DNA from: Owenia fusiformis
Lineage: Eukaryota
Assembly: GCA_903813345.2 (NCBI GenBank)
Contig: CAIIXF020000001.1
Location: 11,656,001 to 11,720,000, forward strand
Reading direction: 5' to 3'
DNA: 64,000 nucleotides
Shown here: piece after piece, positions 25,901 through 40,900 of the stretch
Layout: each line of letters begins with the position of its first letter
Position numbering within the stretch: position 1 is the stretch's first letter
Position numbers and translations under genes: made by a program
Notes under the pieces: model-generated
What the model was told of the DNA's origin: nothing
Database searches by the model: none
The model's input: only the letters and a program-made list of their open reading frames with translations

Positions 25901-28900
25901 CAAGATTTATATGGCACACACCCATCCACCCAGCCAACAGCACAAACCCAGAATTTGACTCTTTAAGTGCAATGAAAATAAAATGAAACTTATAGGTTAA
26001 GGTCATACAAACCATGTACGTAACAATGTGAAACTTAAACTTGATATTATCTTATAAGACACAACTGAGATGTCTGTTTAATTTGAGTGGTTCACAGTTG
26101 ACTTTGTAAATATATTATGTTACTACAGATGTGTAAGTTATAGCTCATAAGTTAATCTTAATTTAATACCATATTCTTTTTTATCAAAGTGGATTTTGTA
26201 TGGGAAAACATGGAACAAGGCATTAACATCCAAAATGTCACCACCTACCATTTATTACAGACACCAAAGCCGAACTCTGAACACCATCCACAAAAAAGTT
26301 GGAAGCTATAACAAAATGTCAGCACTTGTGGTGATGACACAACTACTTTTACACAATGGGACAAATAAAAAAATCTACTTTTATATTAAAAATCTCCATT
26401 ACAGGATACACAGTAACTTTTCCTAGATATTTCCTTTAACTGTATGATGGTGATATTCTAAGAAGTAACATGTAATACAAAGGGACAAAAAAAGGAAGGT
26501 GCTTGTGTGAGAATCTTATACACCTCATCTAATTTATATCTGTGTTTTAACATCACCTTTCTTCTTCCAGTTCAAGAAACTGTAATCATTATATCTTCTG
26601 TAATAGATATGAGGTTAGATTTCCATTCCCAAAGGAGCTAGAATGTTAATGATTACAGTCAGAAAAACCTGTCTTAATGAACACCTCTCTCTAGTGAACA
26701 CCTGTCTCTAGTGGGTACCCTTTCTCCACACATACTCTACTGACTGAAATTACCCTCTTGTAGTGAACACCTACCAACACTGAACATTTTTTCTTAGCAC
26801 AAATTTCAATATACATAGGTTTTTACAAAAATATGGAATATGGATCAATTTCTTGACATAGATTAAAAGGGTGTATGTAAGGAATAATGGTACAACATGA
26901 TCTTGTAAACTTTCTCAGATATCTGATTAGATCATATCGAAAAGAATTTTAGAGATGTGTATCTGTAAAATGTCATTCATTAAAGAATAAATCAAATAAT
27001 TCACACCAAGTCAGAATGATCTAAGAAGATTCAGTTTTCCAGTATTTAGAACTACCCAAAGTTTTGAAAATAGGGAACAGAAAAACATAGTAGACAAGAT
27101 AGATATTCCTAATGATCCTTATTCCCTTGTGTGTGGATTCTTCAGCATCAAATAATTGAATCCAGTGATATGGCCAGGGTGGGTATGGAATTCAAAATTC
27201 CAAAGGCAAGTTTCAAATCCCATATTCCACTAAGGGCTGAAATAAACAAGGCATTAACATGCAAAATGTCACCACCATTTGATACAGACACCAACTGCTG
27301 ATCACCAACCACCGATCGCTAATCACCAACCGCCGTAGCAAAAGAACGGAGACCATATCAATATGTCACCACTTTTTGGTGGAGACATAAAAATTCACCC
27401 CAGGAAAGATGAAACCCATAACCTTTTGAATATCAATCAGTTAAGCTTTGGAAAAGACTGGCTCTTTTACATCAACATTGCATCTATAGTTGAATTTTAC
27501 TCACAAAGTCAATGATTCATTGAGTGTTTTATATCAAACTTAGTCTCGCACACAGACTGAAAATCATGAAATCAAGTCCACATGTGTAATTAGAGCCAAA
27601 ATGATTATAATAATGAATTGTTTCACTCTCACATGACATAACTGTTAAATGTAAATTGTTTTTAAACTAAACTTGATGTGAAATATAACATCATTAACAA
27701 ATCCTGTAATAAAGAATTATTTTGATCAAAAAATTGATATGTGCTAGTTTTTGTTTAATTGCCAGAAACTCTGACTCCAGTCTGTGTTAGGAGGCAATGG
27801 GAGGATACTTTTACATTTATGTTTGCCATCTGGGTCTACAAATCTTTATTCAGTCTCAAAACTCAGAATCAAAATGGTAGCATTGTAGCCATATGATTTC
27901 AGGTTGTCAATCATCATATTTATGAATGGAGGTTTATACTACAGGGTGAACCAAGCAAATAAATCAACTTTACAATGATGATTATAAATACATATCAGTA
28001 CAAGGCATTACATGCAAAATGTCACCATCTGCCATTTGTTACAGACACCGAACATTGAATCAAAATGCCAAACACCAACTGCTGAATGCCAACCACCATC
28101 CACAAAAAAGTTGGAGACCATAACAATATGTCACTACTTGTGGTGGTGACATAATAATACTGTATTACATATGTAAAAAGTCAATTCTAAATACATGGAT
28201 TGGTTATTTTTAGCTCACTCTGTATAACACAACATCTAAAAATGTGTTTATGAAACAACAATAAATTATAAAAACACATGTAACCACTTACAAAGTCTAC
28301 TGAGAAAACACAAATAACTGAATTAAACTACTTGTTTTTTGTTTCATAATACGCAGGCATATCAAAGGTAAATCACTTTTAATGAACATGTTTTCCGCTA
28401 AAAGCAGCTGGGTCTTTGTGGGGAACATAGTAGGCTCAGACCCAATTGTATCAAATGTTAACAGAGCTCATAACTTCAGTAAAAGTTTCTAAGTTCTTAG
28501 TCATTTTTCACTATGAAGAATGACCTAAACAGTATGTGCCTTGAAAATGTTTCTTGGGAAAGTGTATGATTTGTTTCTATATGTTATTAGTGCTGTATAC
28601 TATAAACTTCAGTAAGATTAATACAAACATTTGTTGTTATTCCACAGTTTATTTTCAAGGACGATAATGAAAACAAAACTCTGTTAAGAGCATTTTCATA
28701 ATTAATATAGACAAACAGGAAATTCCAACAATGAAATACTAAACAAAATATACACTGTATTTATATACTTTAAATCTATATTCAAATGGTTGAACTTTGA
28801 TATTTAGAGAGGGGGAAGTTCTAATCTCAGTACATGGACTTTTCAGGTGACCTTGACCTCCAATAGCACCTCTTACTGGACAAACAATTTATCCCAAAAG

Positions 28901-31900
28901 GATTGCCCAGAATGTTTCAAATGTACTGTAGGTATAATCACCCCCCCCCCACCATCTCCCCCTGTTTATACAAACAATAAATAGTGTCACCACCTGGTAG
29001 TAATTGCAAAAGTGTAACTCATTGTTACAGTCAAGGAAACCAAATGCCAAGTAAAGTTCAATGACCATGTTCAATGTTCAAAACTCAACTGGTCAACTGA
29101 GGCTACCATGACCATATATCACAAGCAAAGACTGCAATTCTCAAAACAAACATTTATCACATAATATCACAATCACATGTCTGATCATGACTTCAAACAA
29201 AAATTGTGACCATCTTGTAATTCAATGCTCTAAACCAATATATTGTTCCAACAATAACTCATGGTTTCTTCATTCACATAAAGCCTGGTTACTACAAACA
29301 GTTTTAAGAATCTGGTCAAAATGGGATAGATTGATGATTATGTGTCATAAACAACTGTTTGAAAAGTTGAAAAGTGGTTAAGCTAATAGAGTAAATATGC
29401 TAAAATATATACCTCCTATGCTATTGGATATCCTTGACGGAGACATGTACATTCCCACACAAATAAATGCATACATAAGGCTAGACAGAATAATATAATC
29501 CAGGCAAGACTCTCAAATGTTCCAATTTCTCATCCCATCGATGTAGCAACATATGAATTGAATAAATTTCAAACAATATTTACAATTAAAGAACAATTGC
29601 ATCCCAAATACATGTACTCGTATATCCCAAAGAGATCCATGTTAGCTTATTGTGTAAATTTTGATCAATTATGATTTGAAACCCAGAAACTTGCCACTTC
29701 TTCAAAATATACCAAGAACAAAAAAGATGAATGAATGTAACAATAGAATAATAACTAGATTTGTAAATTGAACAAAGTTCAATTTAAGACTCCAGATTGA
29801 TTTACTTGAGTAGGTAGCTGAGTAAGTAACTGAGTAGCAAGCTGAGTAAGTAGATGATTAAGTAATTGAGTGAGTAGCTGAGTAGGTAGCTGAGAAGGAA
29901 GCTGAGTAAGCAGCTGAGTAGGTAGCTGAGTAAGTAGCTGAGTAGGTAGCCGAGAAGTAGGTAGCTAAGTAGGTAGCCGAGTAGGTATGTAGGTAGGTAG
30001 GTAAGTAGGAATTTTTGACCGAAAGTCGGATTGAAATTTGGTTTGCAGATTCAGATTCCTGGGAAAATTCTACCCTTATTTCATAACTCATACATTAAAT
30101 TTGGAGATTTTTTATTTTGACCCACTTTTAGGACGCCATATCTCAAAAATGGGTCAAAATACTTTCTGACGGCAAAAGGCTATCACTATTAGCACACTCT
30201 TTTCTACCTGTATACAAAATTTCGAAGCAAATCCTAAAAGTGTAGTGCCAGAATCGTAAAAATAAGGAAAAACTATGAATTTGACCTAGATTTTGACCTA
30301 GGCATTTTGGTGTCCAAATATTGAAACTAGGTAGCCTTTGAGGTCCCCTTCTTTTATAGGAATTCATTATCTTAAGCTGTACTCAGTCTATATCTCGTAT
30401 TTTACACTTCAAAAAAATATCTTTTTTTCTTGACTTTCTATCAGGATACCATCAGATCGATTTTTCTCGAAATTTCAAAACGCCATAACTTCCGAACGGG
30501 AAGTCGGATCGAAATTTGGTTTGCAGTTTCGGATTCCTGAGAAAATTCTTTCCTTAATTCATAACTCATACGTTGAGTTTGGAGAAATTTTTATTTTGAC
30601 CTACTTTTCGGACACCATATCTCAAAAGTGGGTCAAAATACTTTCTGACGGCAAAAGGCTTCCCCTATAAGCACACTCTTGGCTATATGTATACAAAATT
30701 TCGAAGAATATAATTAATCTGTAGTGTCAGAATCGCAAAAATAAGGAAAAACTTTGAATTTGACCTAGATTTTGACCTAGGCATTTTGGTGTCCAAAATT
30801 TTATGAAAAGAAGGTCTTGAGGTCCCTTTCTTTTATGGGCTTCCATTATGTTTAGCTGTGCTTAGTCTATATCTCGTATTTTACACTTCAAAAAAATATT
30901 TTTTCCCATTGAATTAACATGGGGCACCAAATTTAGCGATTTTTGAATTTTCAAAACGCCATAACTTCTGAACCGGAAGTCAGATCGAAATTTGGTTTTC
31001 AGATTCGGAATCCTGAGAAAATTTCCTATAAGACTGATATCCTGGACATTGGATTCGGAGAACTTTTTTTTGGACCTCGTTTTCGGACACTGATATCTCG
31101 AAATCGGTTTGAGATACCAAAAAACTAAATCGACCCTAGCTTTTCTACTTTTTTATGAGGAACACAATGAAAAAAACCCGGATTGAAAATATTGAAGGAC
31201 GACCGAGAAAATTGAAAAAAGTGACAAAGTACTGGATTTGACCTAGTTCTTGACCTTTGACCTAGATAAAAATTTGACCTAATTTCCCATCATCCCAGAT
31301 ACATTCCCTAGTTGATCATGTAAGCAGCTTAAAGTAAGCTCTTCTAGTTGGTGAGAAATCTGGGAAGGAGGAAGAGGAAGAAAGAATAATAATAAGAAAA
31401 CTGGCAAAAGCAATAGACTCCAGATTTTCATCTGGAGTCTAATAATATATAGACTATTATGATTTTCAGAAAATGGGCATAACAATCACTAAAAAAGCAT
31501 TAAAATGCAAAATATCACCACCTGCCATTTGTAACAGATGCCACACTCCAAACACCAACCACAGTCACAAAAACCTTGGAGACCATAACAATATGTCATC
31601 ACTTAAGATTGAGATATTGTCAAGCTTGGAACTGGGCTGCATTCTTAATTCAATTCAATTCAATTCAGCTTTATTTCTTATATATAGTATTATTTACAAG
31701 GATCAATTTCAATCTAGAGCAGTCTTCTCTGTTTGTATGAAGCACTGATAAGAAGGAATGATATGAGCAAAATTGATTTTGGGATGAGACAAATATTGCT
31801 TGTTGCTATCTCTAACTACAACTGTATAATCTGAGTTAACCCAATTTTGAAAGAGATGCTCAGGTAACTTTTTGTGGCAATTCTTTAGTCCTTCTATGAA

Positions 31901-34900
31901 TCATAAAACATCAGAATATTAATGCACAACCTATTAGTTTGAAAATAGATTGAAATTTTTGAAAGGTCCACATGCTAATGAATTAGATTTTCTTTTTGAC
32001 GTGTGCTCCTAATTTCACTGGTATTTTAAGTAAGAGTCCATTCCCCTACTTATTACCTGAGTATCTCTCTACAGTCTATTCCAGTCACACATGTCAAGTT
32101 GCATTTACATAACATGGAGAGAATTGAAACCCAAACACCAACAACAAGAGTACTAAAAGAAGCTACATAGATGGCAGTAGGTTTTTAACATTTGAATCAA
32201 TTAAGATCAAGAATGTGGATTTTGCCATACTGTTCAAATATTGCTGAAATCCTGAAAAATTTAACATAAAAAGGTCACTTTGCAAATTATACTGTAATTT
32301 AGTTGAAAATATCCCAATTCCAAGCCTATGCCGCTCATGAGTTAGGGCACAGTTTAACAATAGTTTACAATAACTGTCTCATTTTCAGTTGACCATGTTC
32401 AAATATTTGGAACAAACAAGAAAATTAAGTATTGCCTGAACTGGAGATTGAATCTGGGACCTATTGCGTAGTACGTACATGCTCTACCACTGAGCTATAT
32501 GGGTGGACTCTATTGAATCATTCCTTGTCATATTTGTGAAAATATGAAAAATGCCTGAATGCTTCAATACATTGCTCGTACTCTAAAGAATTGAGCCATC
32601 CTTCACCAATGTACATCTACCTTAATGGGCTCATACCTGGTTCTAAAGTTAATGTACTATCCTTCAATGGGTTAGTGAGTGCATGGTTTTAGCAAGGGAC
32701 TATGTCCAACCAGGACATTTTAGAGGACAATTAGTTGAGAATTCAAGAAATCATTGTGGTAAGTCACACCTTCTCAATCTCTTTTCTTTAAACGATGCAA
32801 GAGAGAGAGAGGGATAATGTGAGTATCAAAATGGGAAAAGGAGACATTTTGATAAACAGCTTGTCTTCACAGCCCCAGTGTCAATGAATAAGTTCTAATA
32901 AACCCAGCCTAGTTCTTGTATAAAAGCTAAAATTGATCATAATTCCTACTTACTTCACAAATTCCCAGACGTACACCTCAACTTTGACATCATCTGTAGA
33001 TTGTTTGCCACTCAGTGTCGTGCATGTGTTTGGAAGTCGTATTATTTGGTCCTTTCCTGCATTCGCCACTGGAGGCTCATTACCCGCTATCACGTGAAAT
33101 AAAAATGGAAAAAGTATGATAAAAATGTTTGGTATAGTATTGGAATGCATTTTGTCTCTGGGTTGAACCAAATCAACGTTTATTCGTTGTTTTGTAAATC
33201 TTGATTGTCCCTCAGGATTCCTTCATCTAACTGTGTTGTTCATCAAATTATTTTACACTGTCTTTGGAAAACTTTTAACATCCACTGTTTTTAGCTTATT
33301 CCTTGATTATTTTCCCTCTATTTTGTTTATAAATGATGATATCAAAATGTGAAATGATAGTTTTAAAATCTCCAGCAGAAATTGATTCAGGCTGGAGCTA
33401 AAAAACTAAATATAAATTGAGTGTCACAGAAAGGAAAGAACCAAAGCCGTTCCTGTAAATGCTTTTATACTTTTTCACCTTAACAGTTACATCTCTGATA
33501 AGGCACTTCTCAGGTTAAAGATAAGGGAATATAAAAGATAAACATGATGATGGATACCTATGAACTGATACCTAGGATTCATAGTAAAATACAACATTTC
33601 AGATTCAGCTTTTTATTTATTAACATTTATCTAATCTGTAATATGGCAATGTTTTACATTAAATCTAGCAACGCATAAATAAATAAATGTATAATAACAA
33701 TAATAATGTGCAGACAGATGTGGGACGGGGACTTAGATACATACATCTAAGCATGAGTGTGTATAACTTGAAGAATGATTTGCTAAGCCACACTGGCATG
33801 TGTTTTACCTTCAAGCTCGATTTTTTACATAATTCTTCCATCATCATTTAAGTGCCTGATATAAATGACCTAAAGGTGTAAAGTTTTAACTGAACTTTTT
33901 AAGTATTATGTTATGTCATTTATAACATTATTAAGTATTTTCTATTGAAGTTTTTGTGACGTCATGGTGCATCTGAGCATAGACCTGAAGCTTTGAGCCA
34001 GTAGTCAGAGAATGTAGACATGAAGCTTCAAATCTTGTGGCTATCAAGATAATAAGGGCACATAAGATTTATTGTGGTGCCTTTTGGAGCTGTGTGGGGC
34101 TCTCTGTTCACCAACATGAACACTTTGGGATAGATGGCAGTGCATGGCATGGATATAAAATATACCCCCATTCACACCAAATGCAAAAATTAAATTAAAT
34201 TAATGCCAAAATTTATTCCATAATAACATGTTTTCCCTGGGAGATAAACAGGGAATAGAAATGATATTCAAAACATCCTGCATCAGATCCCATATCAGCC
34301 AAAATCCCATATCACATCCCATATTGGATCCAATATTAAAAGATACTACAGATTAAGGGAAGGAGGGAGGGGGTAACGCATAATTGTAATTACATATAAT
34401 TTTATTCTGAACTGATACAATGCATCAATAAAACATTTTAATTTCCTTGAAATAAAGTGCAAATGGCTACCATACTTAAATGGGAAAGAATAAAAGGCAT
34501 CAAACATATTATATAATTGGAACTTTGAATGGAAACTGAAGTTCTCCATGTCTAAATTGTATACTATTGTCCTTTTAAAAATGTATGAAAAGCACTAAGA
34601 AAAAACGAAATACAAAATAATCAGAAAATGAATGAATGATCCATTTTTCAGCAAAGGTTCAGATAAAAAATTCCTGGTACTTCAAATACCAGACAAACAA
34701 AAAAGAAGTTGCATAGAAACCAATTATCATGTGGAGAAAGTAGTGCTTAAATGATATAACATGATATGTAATACTAAGTAGCTTGGCTTTAACCCTATGA
34801 TGGATTGGTGAAAAAATGTTTTTGAAGATTACAGTATTCAATGTTAAGCAACTATCATAGTAGAGAGATAAATAAACAACCCAAAGGGTGAACAATACTG

Positions 34901-37900
34901 TACCTAGAAATAATAGTATGGGCATAATCTAGCTAGTCAGTGGCATGGGAGGCTATCAAATTCAAAATGACCACCATAAAATTGACCAAGTATGTATAAA
35001 ATTGAAGAAAGTCTTGATTTTCATATGAAGAAACATCCCTAAAAATTTCAAAATGAAAATCTGTCAGTAGTTTACCTGGTAATGCTGAGATGGGACTTTG
35101 AAGACAAGATTTTGTGATGGAAAATCAAAAAAAAGTAAATTTTAATAATTACCCAGTAAACACAAACCCAAAATTATTTAGTTCTAGATTTTCATACTAA
35201 AAAAACATGCCTGAACATTTCAAATCAATCTGTCAAGCAGTTTGAAAAGTGAGATGCCACCACATGCAGGCCGAAGCTCATTTCAATAACAAAAATGGCA
35301 AGGGTAATTGTTGTCTAGTTTAGATTATTCAATTCATACTGTAGTCTTACAACCCAAAGATTGCAAATACAGTAGAACCTGCGTATATTGAACATTTGTT
35401 TCCTGAGAAAAAATGTTCAGAGTTGGTAGATGTTCACTTTAGAGAAAGTAAATACAGAAGTCAGTAGAGTATGTGCGGAGGAAGAGTGTCCACTATAGAG
35501 ACATGTGTTAACTAGAGAGAGGTGTTCACTAAGACAAGTTTTACTGTATAGAACTACATGTAGTTTCTGTCAAATATTCTCAACTGGTAACCTATACTTT
35601 TAGAACATTGGCAGTCAATTCTCCTTCAATTTCCATTATTTCATACACATTGTCAAACATTGTCTACAATATATTAGTTTGAAAGGTTTAAGAGAACATG
35701 TACATGTTCAACTTTATTTTTAATGAATTTGTCAATAAACAACAGTTTCCTATATAAGAAGCATTTGGTAACCTTTGATCTGAGAATTGTTTACATATTT
35801 ATCCCAGCAAGTTATCTGCAATATTTGGGGAATAAGGTATGCTTTAACATGTATTGTAAACTGAAGAATATCAGAACATTAACATCTTAATTACATAAAT
35901 AAACATTCCAATATTTAGCAATCCAAACACTGAAAAATACCCTCATTTTGTTTACAATTACAAAATAAAATAACAAGGCATTAACATGCAAAATGTCACC
36001 ACCTGTAATTTGTTACAGATGCCAAATGCTGACTGCTGAACATCAACCATTGACTGCCAGACACCATCCATAAAAAGATGAATTTTGTAACAATATGTCA
36101 CCACTTTTGTTGGTGACATAAACATTGTTGTCTTGTTAACAGTGAATGAAAGTGAAACCATATATCTTAATTTATAAAACTAAGAATTGATCCATTTGTC
36201 TCTGGTCAGGGTAATGTTGGGGTTTTCCTTGGAATAATTCTGATATCTTTCCTCAATCATGATATATCCTGGGTCGAAATCATATTTTCCCTCAGATAAC
36301 AAGATTTTTTGTAATGATACAATGTTAAGTAGCCCAAATGTGTTATTTTGAAAGTTACCTTCAAAATAATGATTATAAGAGTTACGAGAGAAATTATTCC
36401 ATTTTTCGCTCAAAAAGAGTTAAAAAATATCTGGATTTACTGCATCATGGTTTGTTTAATGCAAGTTCACCTACCAGTTACATTTTATTTTTCATTGTTT
36501 AGTGATTTACAGCACCATGGAAATTAATATGTCATAAATAAAAATCATTGTATAAACTCAGAAACTTCCTAACTCCAGGGAAGCATTCTAATTTTTCAAA
36601 TAATTGCCATGATGAGAATCAATGCACATGGGTGTTTATTACCAAGAAAAACATCTCAGGAATCAGGTCTTTGATTTATTTTAGGGTTTAGCCATGGTAA
36701 TGGGTGTCATCAAAGAAAATTTACCATGGGAGCTGAGTGAAGGAAGATGTGTGATTAGTAGGCATTATTTTGCTTTTAGTTCCCTCTAACAGTACCGCAA
36801 GCAGATGTAGAATACAATGTACTACAACTGTCCATATTTGTTTACAATCTTTTTAGTTTCCATGGATTTACAATTAGCCATAAATAACAGCAAGAGCACT
36901 AGGGCAGAATAACCAGTAAACCTTTCCACCCAAGTCTAAATCTACGAGGATTCCATTAAAAAACACAAGCATCAACAAACCACTAAACTTAACAAGCAGT
37001 TATTAGGAGCCCTCGTTCCTCCTGCGAAAAATACTTTATAATTAAGATTAATATATTTTTGTAATTGTTTCCACTCTTGAGGAGTGTGAAATTATGAAGA
37101 GGCAGACATTTTCGGCATTTTAGTTATGTCTGTTTAATTCTAACCAGGGGTAGACTTTTGCTTTTTGACCCATAATTTCCTGAACATAAATTACTTTTCA
37201 AAAAGTTTTTCAATCATGAAAGCCTTCAAGGAATATTGCATTTAACTCTTTTCTGTCTAGATGTGGTTATTATGACCATGTTAACCCAGATAATGCCTGA
37301 TTGGAATGTTTCTTTAATGTTATCACAATTTTTTGCTATCACAATTTTTTGTTCAGACATGGCGATGAAACCAATGAAGACCACATGCAACAATGTACAG
37401 TAGACTCATAACAGAATACCTACTTTTTCAGAATCCTACATCCAGACAGCCACCCTGTGTTCTAAACTAAGTAATAATAGGTACCCTCTGATTAGTACAA
37501 AATGATGATGATTTGGAGAAAACATCCACTTTTTATACAAAGATAACACAGACAAGGAACAAAAGTAAATGCTTGTTTTGTTGTTGGTTACGTAACATGT
37601 TAATGACATCACATATTTAATCAATATAGAATCAAATCATTTAAATTATTTGTTTGTTTCGTTACTGATGGGGCAATATGTGACTGATGTTTTTGTGATA
37701 CGTCATATCTTCAAATCACAATCAAATCATATGACGAATTGGTAGTCGCCTTGATGGTTGCCATATAAGCTAATAAAGGTGGGACTTATGGAACCGGAAG
37801 TCACATGAATGGTTCAACCCCGTTCCATAGTGTGAAGGGCTCCATCCACTTCATGGGAAGCCTTCAGGAAAATGTTATGGCCTTATATGGAAGTTCAAAT

Positions 37901-40900
37901 GTAAAATATGAGCAAAAAATGTAATACAGGGATTCACAGACTAAATCAAAAAGAATCAATTTTAATTTAGAGTGTAAATAATGATAATGTATTGCAAAGG
38001 GTAAGAGACAGCATGTGCATTACCTAGTTTTGGAAAACATAATACCAGGGTCAATGCCATGCATTAAATTCCACAAATCAGCCAAGAACCTGGACTAATG
38101 ATCTGTTTACTGTCAAAATGATTTATTTTTCATCATTATAATAATGGTTATAATAATGGTTCATTTTGTCCATTTTTCATAGTATAGAAGATTTATTTCA
38201 GATAAAAGCAGAGGCTGGTGTCATATTTACTGCTACTCTTACTTGCAATCATATCCTCATTATTGGCCATATGTCTCAATGCAAGCCAATAAGCTCAATG
38301 AGATAAAAATGGTTATATGAACCAAAGTAGTATAATGGTATTGCCTAAAAATCCCCTGATCTTGTCTCATAACTTGACCTTCTTTCAGACCAGCTATCAA
38401 AGCTTTATACAACAGAAGACAAGTTAAAACCAACTTAGTGAATGGTCTGGACTCCTAAGATCTAAGCACAGCAAGAGTTGATCCGTCAAACAGACTCATA
38501 CAGTTCTATAAAACAGAAGCAAATGTAAAGTGAACCAAACGGGTATATCGGCCAGCCAGAAACTTCTTTTGGGATCATATGCCATTTGTCACATAAAGTG
38601 AAACAAACTAGTAAATAAAAAATGATCTGGCCTTAGACTCCTCCTGAGATCATATTCTCCCATGCTGTCACATGGGGTGAAACAAACTAGTAAATGGTCT
38701 GGCCTCAGACTCCTCCTGAGATCATATTCTCTCATGCTGTCACATGGGGTGAAACAAACTAGTAAATGGTCTGGCCTGAGACTATTCCTGAGATCATATT
38801 TTTCTCAATCACATGGGGTGAAGCAAAGTAGTAAATGGTCTGGCCTGAGACTATTCCTGAGATCATATTTTTTCAATCACATGAGGTGAAGCAAACTAGT
38901 AAATGGTCTGGCCTGAGACTATTCCTGAGATCATATTTTTCTCAATCACATGAAGTGAAGAAAACTAGTAAATGGTCTGACCTGAGACTATTCCTGAGAT
39001 CATATTTTTCTCAATCACATGAAGTGAAGTAAACTAGTAAATGGTCTGACCTGAGACTATTCCTGAGATCAAACTTTTTAAATCACATGAGGTGAAGCAA
39101 AGTAGTAAATGGTCTGGCCTCCCTTGAGATCATATCCTCTCAGGGTCGCATGAGGTGAAGCAAACTAGTAAATGGTCTGGCCTGAGACTATTCCTGAGAA
39201 CATATTTTTCTCAATCACATGAAGTGAAACAAACTAGTAAATGGTCTGGCCTCAGACTCCCCTGAGATCATATCCTCTCGGGGTCGCATGAGGTGACCTT
39301 CTGTCTGGGAGTGAGACCAACTACTAAACACAACAACTATAAGATCAATCAACTCATTATTTTTACCCAAATTAATACATTAAACACAAAGGGGGTAATA
39401 GTGGTTTCACAAACCTTTCTAATATAGTACAATATCATTAATGATCATATAAAATCTGGGCACAAATGCCAAAAGGAAAGGACCAAAAACTTTAAAGAAA
39501 CCTCACAAGAAAAGCAAACTCTAAATGTAAACCTATCACAAGAGAAATAGACCCTATACTGTATATCCCAAAACCATGATCTTACATGAAAAGAAATAAT
39601 GTCTATAACATCCCCCTTCCTTACTCGATTTTTCAGCCATAAACATACACACATCTTCTCCAATTTGGGTGTAAATGTTTGACTCCAAAAAATGAACTGA
39701 GTACAAAATGATTGTTATGCATGAATCTGAAATGACATCTTTTGTCAAACAAAATTGTTTTCCTTCAATCAACCAAATATGTTGTATATCATTAATAATG
39801 GTGTTACGATTCCAATAAATCTTAAGTAAATGAGAAAAGAAATAATTACAATGTCAAGGCCCTCATGTAAATAACCTCCTTAATTGAAAGATCAGGTTCC
39901 ATACTAATACCATTATAAACGGCACACTCTGACCTCTAAACACATTTCATATGGGGTTCTTAGAAGTGTTTATAATATAAAACTGAACCATACATTTAAT
40001 ATACAGTATATCACAAATTTCCTTTTTTATCAGATATGTGTCACAGAAATGTTTATAAAAATGTACTTTTCACATCTACCTAATTACATCAAGATAAGAA
40101 ATAAGACAAAAGCCATTCTGATTATGTTTAGAGACACAAAACAGAATAATGAAGAGGTGAAACAGCAAGGATTAAAGTAAACACACATTGGGTACACACT
40201 CCAATATAAATAAAATATAATATAAAACTGATAACATAGTCATTTCACTCAAATTTTCAACTGAGTAGGTATGAAACAGAATGATTGTTTTCCCATATGT
40301 TTAAATAATGCAAAGAGAAAAAATGGCACTCACGTTCAACTATGATCTTTACTGTATCTGTATCTGACAGTTCATCCTCATCAAAGACAATCAGTTCAAA
40401 CTCATACGTTCCTTCCTTTGTGAGCCCACATACTTCTGTCTTAGACTCATCATCTGAGGATATCTTAGGCTCACCAGGTCCACTGTAAAGTTGTAGAAAT
40501 ATTCATCATACAGTGTGAATGTTTTATTCAAGTTTCAAAAATGATTGTACATTGTTTCATAATATGTGCTGTGCATTATGCATTGTAATACCCTATTATA
40601 TTAGATTGGTGCAGTGATGGTTCAATTGGAATTAAAAAAATATCATAACATTTCGCATGTCCCCAGAGTTCAGGCAATTTGATCATAAAAATACTATTAT
40701 ATTATACACATTCTTTTAACATTATGTTTTAAGGCAATCAAAGAGATGAATTAAAACCTGAGTACTTCATGCTCCAAAGTGACTTAATAGCAAGTGGAAA
40801 AAGAAATGTACAATATTCAAGATCTGCAAGGAAATTCAGAAGTCTCTGACTATGATAATAATATGAGTTTTATTTAATATTACCCTCGAGGTTCCCATCT

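Noticed and set aside
32431-32503. Functional tRNA gene
   Set aside because: B box is mutated and I could not fold a full acceptor stem or anticodon arm; treated as a SINE head or pseudogene.
38662-39032. Repetitive plus-strand ORFs
   Set aside because: Translations of the ~69-bp minisatellite.
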